Below, one piece after another: positions 55,963 to 64,000 of a DNA stretch of 64,000 nt. The position numbers and the translations under genes were made by a program. Positions within the stretch are counted from its first letter, which is position 1, and every line of letters starts with the position of its first letter. The notes beneath the pieces are model-generated. The model made no database searches and had not been told where the DNA came from. It saw only the letters and a list, made by a program, of their open reading frames with translations. This stretch comes from Eledone cirrhosa (Eukaryota), in contig OZ024743.1 of the NCBI GenBank assembly GCA_964016885.1, forward strand, positions 60,326,001-60,390,000. The letters are read 5' to 3'.

Positions 55963-56607
55963 AGCCATATGTATTTATTACACGTGTACATAGATACATG
56001 CATGTATACGAGATCAAATTCAGGATTTGCTCTCGATTGCCGGAATAGTCATTTTCATGAAAACATACCAGGATATAAGATAGATATTAGCCCACTGATC
56101 AGTATCTCCTTCAGAAAAATATAAGCTCTTGTGGGAAACAATCTGAGTTATAAAATCGAAAGAAAAATTCGAAGTTAAGATGTTTTTTTTGTTTGTTTGT
56201 TTGTTTGTTGTGGGGGGGGGGGGGGTCTATTGTCACACACGAAGTTTTATGGGAAAAGAAATTTTATTTAAAGAGATGGTGGTAAAATAATTGCACGTTG
56301 AAGGCAATATTTTAGGAATTTTTAATACAAAGAGAATAATTTATATGTGTAAAGAAGACGTTGGAACTTGTTATATTAATTGCCGTTTGCCAAACGATAG
56401 TTTAAACTGAACATGTCTTGACAAGAAAATGTGATACAGAGATTTGTTAAGAGAGAGAGCTTTGGAATTGACAATAGAAACACATGATGATAAATATTGT
56501 CATGAAATAAAGCTGTGAAAAACTAATTCAGCTATTATTCATAGCTGGGCTTTCAAAATGTTCATTTATTGAGCGTACCGTATATCTTTAGAAATGCGAC
56601 GTTCACA

Positions 56608-56640
<33 letters not shown>

Positions 56641-57112
56641 CAGACAGCTTTGTTGGAAATGGATTTTAATTCTAATTCATTTGCAAAAAATAATGATTTC
56701 ATTTAATATGAATCCAATACACAATTAAGAAATTGTAAACCAATATGGTGGCAGATACAAAGCGTGTAATTTGCAAAATATTAGATATATGATTTCTTGA
56801 GGTCCAAGTGGACAGAATTGGGAACATATTATCTAGGAGAGTAGTGAAGGTGATGCTCTGAATGATCCAATCTAGTTGGCATGATTGTTTATTGCGAATA
56901 GCCACCTCCGGCCCAACCGATTGTGTTCAATGATAGATCTGTTGGGGGTGAGTGTACATTGAGAGCGCGTGATCTTTAGCCTGAATTGACCAAGCTCCTG
57001 CTGGAGAAAGTATCGCCAGAGGTCGCATCCCAAATGAGGATCTTACCATATCGGAACAGGAACAAGTAGAACGGGTCATTAAGTTTTGTGTTAAATACAC
57101 TAATATATAATA

Positions 57113-57262
57113 TTGTTTCTACTTTAAGCACAAGGCCAGCAATTAACCAGTGCATTACTGGTACTTTATTTTATCGACCCTGGGATTTTAACTCAGATCG
57201 TAAAGGGACGTAACTATGCTGGAAAGCATGGCGTCCGACCCTCTACCGATACTGCCAATCAA
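57113..57262 (-). mobile_element. tRNA-derived Meta-domain-type SINE (partial copy also at 57405-57520)
   Basis: Minus strand: A box ttggcagtatcggtaga, B-box-like gagttaaaatccc, then gggtcgataaaataaagtaccag. Confidence 0.8.
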
Positions 57263-58931
57263 CACTAATATATAATATGCTACTGCGTTAGATATTGTTT
57301 TCATGTGTACAAATATAATGTGTTATATTTTCCTAGTCTTATGTTATATAAATCATGAGGTTATGTTATATAAATCATGAGGTTAAGAACTTGATAAAAA
57401 TTAATTGTTTCTACTTTAGGCACAAGGCCAGCAATTACGCAGTGCATTATTGGTACTTTATTTTATCGACCCTGTAAGGATGAAAGGCAAAGTCAACCTC
57501 GGCGGGATTTGAACTCATTTGAACTTGATAAAAATTAATATCCACTAAACATGTATGGAAATGTCTAGTTTGTGACATCAAATTAATTGTAAATGCAGGT
57601 TGCAATTTTGTAGATAATTATCAGCACAATAGGGACTATGTGAATTTTAGGTGATAGAAACCCACGTTCTTGAGGAAAATAACAATATTTAAATATATGT
57701 AACGTTTAAGTCAATGAATTAATCTGTAAATATCTGGTGTAAAGTTTAAGTCAATGTTTAAGTCAATGAATTATAGGTTGTTTCGCTTTGTGTTTTGTGA
57801 TCTCCCATTGAAACATATTTCAACCTCGGTTTCTTCTAGGGATAATTCAGAAATGGAATGACTGGCTCTTAATAATAGATTGTCTGTTCCTCATTCTAAT
57901 CTCATCGCTATCGGCAAACTAATAAGGAAAATGACACAGTGGACGACGTATTGCATTCTAAAAATAAAACTGCATTCGAATCTTAAAACAAGAAGAAATT
58001 ATATATACACACACATATATATATATTCCTTTTTAGATACACTATATATGCAAAGAAGAGCTGATCAAGACGAGAAAATATTTTGGGATGATCTAGTATA
58101 TCAGGGATATCCTTGAGCTAAACATTGACATATTTGAGTGTTCAAGAATATTATTAATAGATTATCAATTATTGAAGTGTGCCCTGTTATTTTGTTTTGT
58201 TTCTCACCACAATCATGTTAAATGGTACATGGATGAAAAACTGATGTCGCAATTCCTATAGAAATTAGTGCAGATATACTCAGAACAGAGTCATTTTTCA
58301 AATGTTTAGAATAAACTGTCTTTCGTTAAAGGTGCCCACAAGGGTATAGTGAGTGTAAAAGTGGACAACAGATTACGTCTATCACTTAAGATTAGGCATA
58401 GATCATCCACGGGCTTTCACAGTTTAACTCAAAACGCTTTAGTTAATCCGATGCTATGAGAAAACCCACTTTGTAAATTGTTACGCACTGTGGGACTGAA
58501 TCTCGACTTCCTCGAATCACCCTTAATCCTTAAACATCTATTTCTAGAATTCCTCCGCTGCCCATATTTTGTATTTAACTAGCTTGCAGTTGTTTAAAAT
58601 GATTATCAGATTTAATTCTGCCACAAACTTTCCAACATACAATTGTTGCTTAAAATTATGAGAGTCATAATTCATCAGCTTAATTATAAAACGGCACAAT
58701 TCAATAATTTTTACATATATGCCAACAAGGAATGGGGAACGCCACAGTCGCACGAACAAAGTCTAAAAACTTTGTCCACCTGTTAAAACCTGTCACAAAC
58801 GTAAAGTATATTCGCTTTCATCAAGCCTTAGCCGATTCAGAACACACAACTCTCCCATTCAGTGGATGTCATTCTCTGGCAATGCTAACCACCAGCTGAT
58901 GCTTTTATCTTTTTTTTTTCTTTAGCTAAGT

Positions 58932-59257
58932 CAGGGTTTCTCAAAGTGGGCACAAATGACCCCCGGAGGTTCGGGCCTTGATAAGATCCAGGAGGCGCTG
59001 GGGCTATGGGGGTGGTACAGATGATATAATAGTATATTAAATATTAAATGATACATATAGTAAAATAAAAAAATATATATAATATTTATTTATACAAAGT
59101 ATATATTATATTATTTATAAATAAATTGATGATTTTCCTTATATACTACTTACAATTTCCGTGTAGTTAGGTCTCTCTGAAAATATGGTTGGGAGGGTCG
59201 CTGAAGGTATTAAATGGCCCTGAGGTGGCGGTGGCCCAAAATGTTTAAGAACCTCTG
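58932..59257. mobile_element. hAT (Charlie-like) MITE with 8-bp TSD
   Basis: AGCTAAGT|CAGGGTTTCTCAAA ... TTTAAGAACCTCTG|AGCTAAGT. Confidence 0.88.
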
Positions 59258-59689
59258 AGCTAAGTGGAGAAGAGAAACTTCAAATGGTGTTTATTGCACA
59301 AGAACACAATTCTTGTGATGCCCAGTCGGAATCGGAATGCACGGGCTTCAGATATGTGACAAATAGTCTAAAAAATTATATTAGCTAGACAAATATTTTC
59401 CTTTCATCTCCGCATTTAACTATAGTCTGGTTTGTTTTGGTGTCAAAAATCAAACAAAATTTGTTATATCGTAAATAAATGGTCCTCAAACTGTTTCGGT
59501 GGTGAGAAGTCCAGTTGTATGGTCAACAGAATAGCCTGTTTTGCTTACAAACTTAACGTACAAATCGTTAAGCATTTGAGAGTTATGTTTATCCTTAGGA
59601 TATTTCGCGGGAGATTCATCTTAACACATTGTGTGAAAAGGTTGACCTTTTCAAACACAGGAGGACTCTATCCAATGTGCTACTAAGTA

Positions 59690-59840
59690 GTTTCCAACCA
59701 CCCAATTTCATTCACAAGGCATGGTTTGACCCGAAAATCTAATAAATGACTCTTGCCTCAAATCCCACATTGTGGGATCAAATACGGGACTGAATAATTA
59801 CAAAGCGCACTTCTTAACTATTCGGCTATGCTGCGCCTAC
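59690..59840 (-). mobile_element. Old tRNA/CORE-type SINE remnant (relatives at ~7620-7720 and ~58400-58530)
   Basis: aatttcattcacaaggcatggtttgacccg..gactcttgcctcaa..tgtgggatcaaa..ttcttaactattcggctatg resembles octopus SINEs as I recall them. Confidence 0.55.
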
Positions 59841-61385
59841 GCCTGACTACTACAGAAGTTAAAGTCTAGTTAATACAGTAACTACTATATTTTCCAACAT
59901 TTATTACTGAAGATTGGGCTATCAGTTCCATTCTAATTTTTTTTATTGTTGGAATTTTCATATTTAGATTTCAATTTACAATTATTTTTATAAATCTTCA
60001 TAATTTCGTTGTAAAGCTTTTATTTGTTTGAGTTAGATTATTTCAGCTTTGAAGCACAATTAATCTGCCTATCACACCAGAAAGTTCGGTTCTTGATTTT
60101 ATTCAACAGTTGCACTTGTATTGAATCACACGACAACTATTGTTAGTTCATTGACCGCATCATGAGAAGATCCTTATTCACAACACTTCTATTTATATTA
60201 GACACGCAACAGTTTTCTAACTTTTAGTCGCCTCAGTATATCTGATAAAAAATTAGGGGAGTAGAAAAAGAGAAACAACTGGTTAGAGATAGCGAAAATA
60301 TGATAGTAAAAAGATATAAAGAGTATATATATATGAGTGTGGGTGTGAAAGTTAGATTAGTTATATAATTATGAAGGGAAACAGTAACAGAATGTGTGAA
60401 AAGAAAAAGAGAAAGTGGGAGAAAGGTAGAAAGAATGGAGGAAAAAGAAAGACATAAAAAATAAGCGTGAATCTAAATGTTGTATGTACAAAGATATTTA
60501 ATTCATTTTGCACAAAGTCAATACCATTATGTGTATTAGACATCCGTTGGTTCCGACGATGACTGTTCCAGTTACTTGATGAACTGGAGAGCCTGCTCGG
60601 GAAGTTAACGAGTACGTGATTGAATATTTTACAAATCCATATACCCTTAACGTAGATTCAACGCGGCATAGGATGTGACAAGGTACAAACCACGTTTAAC
60701 GCCTGAGTGGACCACGCAAAAATAAAACGCTCGCGTAGTAATCTATCACATATTTTTACCATCGTGAGTCGAAAATCTAAGCCATGCAACTTCACAATAA
60801 CATTCATAAGAAGTACATAAAGTAAATATTTTATTAAAGTTAGAAATGCTCTCTCATTATGTTGATACGCCAAATAAATACGTTGGCATTGTCAAGTGAT
60901 GAGTTATAGTTGAGTGTCAGTCTTTTCACAATGACTGAGTAGCTGACAAATTAAACCATCATGTAAGCCTTTCAAATTCTCGGGAAATAATTTAAAACAA
61001 ACAAACACGCACATATACATAAAGTTGAGAAAATAAACTTCTACACAGGTACATACTCACATATATCCAGGTCAAGTAGAAACAAGTTTGAAATAACATT
61101 GAAAATTCCTCTTGCGTTTAATTAAACTTCTAAAATTATTATCATGACCTTTCCTAGTAACTATATTACTTCAAAGAGTGAGAGGTCACCTCTTTAACCA
61201 ACACCGTTTGCTATATTGGTAGTATTATTATCTCAATTCTATAGAACAGAAGCCCACGATTGATTGTTATACACACATACATACACAAACAAACATATAT
61301 ATGTGTGTTTATGTGTTGTTTGTGTGGAGCTATCTCTTTCCCCCACTTTCTCTCTCTCTATATATATATGCATGTGTGTGTGTGT

Positions 61386-61600
61386 GAAGGCATGTGACCT
61401 AGTGGTTAGTGTGCTTGAGATACGATGATAATGTCGTGTGTGCGATTCCTGGACCGGGTTGCGTGTTATGGTCTTGAAAAAAATACTTCATTTCATCTTG
61501 ATCACGCAGCTGGAAGTTAACACTTTGAGGGATTAGCTTACTGTCCAGTGGTGAGTCTTATAATCTCAATCGCTTAACGTCAAGCTCCAGCCTGCGGACA
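61386..61600 (+). mobile_element. tRNA-derived CORE-type SINE
   Basis: A box gtgacctagtggttag, B-box-like tgcgattcctgg, CORE-like gtcttgaaaaaaatacttcatttca. Confidence 0.65.
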
Positions 61601-61638
61601 GACTTTAATATTTAGCTTTATATATTTGTGTTTAACTG

Positions 61639-61673
<35 letters not shown>

Positions 61674-61919
61674 TTGTGAGTATTTATATGCATTTGTCTG
61701 TATTGCTACGAGTGGGAGAAGGAAGTGGGTAGAAAGAGAATTAGAGAGTGTTGAGACTACACTGAAATAGATGTAAAGAACAATGAAAAGAAAAAGAAAA
61801 AGAAAAATGCTGAAGGAAATCTCGTTAATAAATTACAGGAAAAAATGGGAGTGATGGGAAAGGGATGTAACTAAAACACAAATCAAACAGATAAACAAAA
61901 CATATCTATTTGAACATTC

Positions 61920-62059
61920 GGTCAGTGAGAAGAAAAACCAGGAAATCAAATTTGTTGTTTTATTTGTCTTGGCAGAAATTTAAGATTTTTCGAAAAATCT
62001 AAAATTTCTGCCAAAATCGTTAGAAAAGAAACTTAATATATTTTTCTTTCTCACTGACC
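61920..62059. repeat. Small fold-back element
   Basis: ggtcagtgagaagaaaaa / ttttctttctcactgacc ends; central palindrome ttggcagaaatttaagattttt-cg-aaaaatctaaaatttctgccaa. Confidence 0.7.
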
Positions 62060-62155
62060 CAGTTACAATAATCAAATTCAATGATAAATAATTTTACAGT
62101 ATTTTTTAAACCTTATATCAAATGTTATTCATTGAAATGTAAATATATAAACTAA

Positions 62156-62560
62156 TTGTTTCTACTTTTGGCACAAGGCCAGCAATTATTTTATCGACCC
62201 CGTAAGGATGAAAGGCAAAGTGAACCTCGGCGGGATTTGAACTCAGATCGTAAAGGGACGTCGCCATGTTGGAAAGCATGGCGTCCGACTCTCTGCCGAT
62301 ACTGCCAATCCATACATAAAATAATAGTAGAAAAGAATAACAAACGAGATTTCATACTTGTAATTCTTGTGATGATGTGTTCATCTCACCTTTCTCTCCC
62401 TCATCCCGCTGAGGTTAACTTTGCCTTTCATCCTTACAGGATCGATAAAATAAAGTACCAGTCATACACTATGGTCGATTTTAATCGACTTCCCTCTCCC
62501 CCCAAATTGCTGGCTTTGTGCCTATATAAGAAACCATTATTATTATTATTATTATTATTA
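62156..62560. mobile_element. Two Meta-domain-type SINE copies head-to-head (62156-62312 -, 62404-62560 +)
   Basis: gaggttaactttgcctttcatccttacaggatcgataaaataaagtaccag ... (att)n tail on +, and the complementary copy upstream. Confidence 0.85.
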
Positions 62561-62803
62561 TATACCACTAAGGCAGTGACGAGGCTGTTGGCGGTAATTT
62601 TTAAAATTGTTACTTTTTTTAAATGCTTCTGTGGTAGTGTCGATGGTAGTGACTTGGGTGTCATTGGGGTTGCGTGGACGATGAGACTTGTTAGAAGTTA
62701 CTGAGTGGGTTTTTCTTTACTGGTTCAAAGTCAGCAACATCAGTCTATAAGTAGGTTGATGTTTCTTTCATCTTTGAATTTACTGCACTCATATTGTTAT
62801 TAT

Positions 62804-62804
<1 letters not shown>

Positions 62805-62893
<89 letters not shown>
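62805..62893. repeat. (TAG)n microsatellite
   Basis: Directly visible. Confidence 0.97.
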
Positions 62894-62896
<3 letters not shown>

Positions 62897-64000
62897 AAGG
62901 ACATCAACTGGAATCAATATTAAAAAAGTAAGAAAAAATTTAAATTGAATCTGTAAAAGAGTGGTGAGGAATTGAAATATGAAAAACACTATACAGAAAA
63001 CTTTACTTGTTGTTGTCTGTAGCGGCTTAAATTGAAAATTAATTGAGTGTAAATTATATTGTAGAAATATTTCTACGTTCATTAAGAGGCAGGAAAGAAG
63101 AGCATGGGAAGATAGTTAATAGACAATAACAGTAGTCTGGTTATAGAATAATTGTTGGAAATAATCATGTTAAATTGTATAAAGATTGTGTGATGATAAT
63201 CGTAGCCGTAACTTCAACAACGACGATAGATTGGTTGGATTAAAAGTTTAATGATGTAGAAATACATATTGGATTTAGAGACTCAGGAATGCAGACAAGA
63301 AAAGAAAAAAAACGTAATGTAATTTATGTTGCAGTTTCAATAATTAAATGCGTAAATCCGCCATTCGGAGATAGCCTCGTTTAATTGTGTAGAACCACCG
63401 ATATCGGATATGCTATTGTTCTTGTTCTTGTTCTTGTTCTTGTGGTTAATTAGAACTAGTTCAACCCGTGTCGAGCAAATGTACCATCGAATGAAACCCA
63501 ACCATGTCCATCTCATCTTTTAGGGCTTCTAAGATATTTTCATTCGTGACTCCAGACGAAATATTTATTTTGAGACGCTTAACTCGTGCTGTAAAATCAA
63601 TTGACATAAATACTCGATAGACTTGGCCTTAGTTGTAATTTGATTTTAACATTATATGAAAACAAGTACATTTTACAACCAAAAAGTAGCAATAAGTTTA
63701 TGAATCGGATGGGTTTAATTGCTAATTTTCACACAATAACTGAAATCATGGATAAATATATGCTAGTACTTCTCGCAAGGTATATTCTCCCCAACAATCA
63801 CTAAATCCTTACGCATTCCGGTGACGGGTTGTGACCAAACCTTTGAGAAGCCCAGACCTAAGGTGACCATGTAGAGGTTCTCTCATCGGCACAATTTGTT
63901 CCGTGTTAATGAAATTAGATAAGCTAAATTGGATTCTCGTAAAATACATTTGACACTCATGCCATTTAGCATGTTCCCATGACATTGAAAAGTTAGCTTT

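Noticed and set aside
56690-57080. Coding-like unique sequence
   Set aside because: No ORF over 70 aa and no recognisable motif; possibly an old transposase relic.

Overview
AT-rich animal genomic DNA; the SINE families resemble those I recall from octopod cephalopods (inference). I could not support any host gene. Bases ~2-56 kb form a dense, nested cluster of Penelope-like retroelements (PLEs) inserted into (TA)n microsatellites. It holds one intact RT+GIY-YIG element (ORF 27556-29769) with partial-tandem and inverted pseudo-LTRs, five decayed PLE ORFs from probably three clades, and many solo or fold-back pLTRs. There is also a near-intact R4/Dong RLE non-LTR element in (TAA)n, RTE LINE fragments, tRNA-derived SINEs and small MITEs. 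The main hidden layer is RNA: I read about 20 hammerhead-ribozyme (HHR) motifs of roughly ten sequence families on both strands, including a U3-A8 covariant core and two families with a ~90-nt stem II. One family is a non-coding, circularly permuted ~429-nt HHR repeat that looks like a retrozyme (circular-RNA-templated PLE parasite). All structures were paired by eye; no folding or database search was run.
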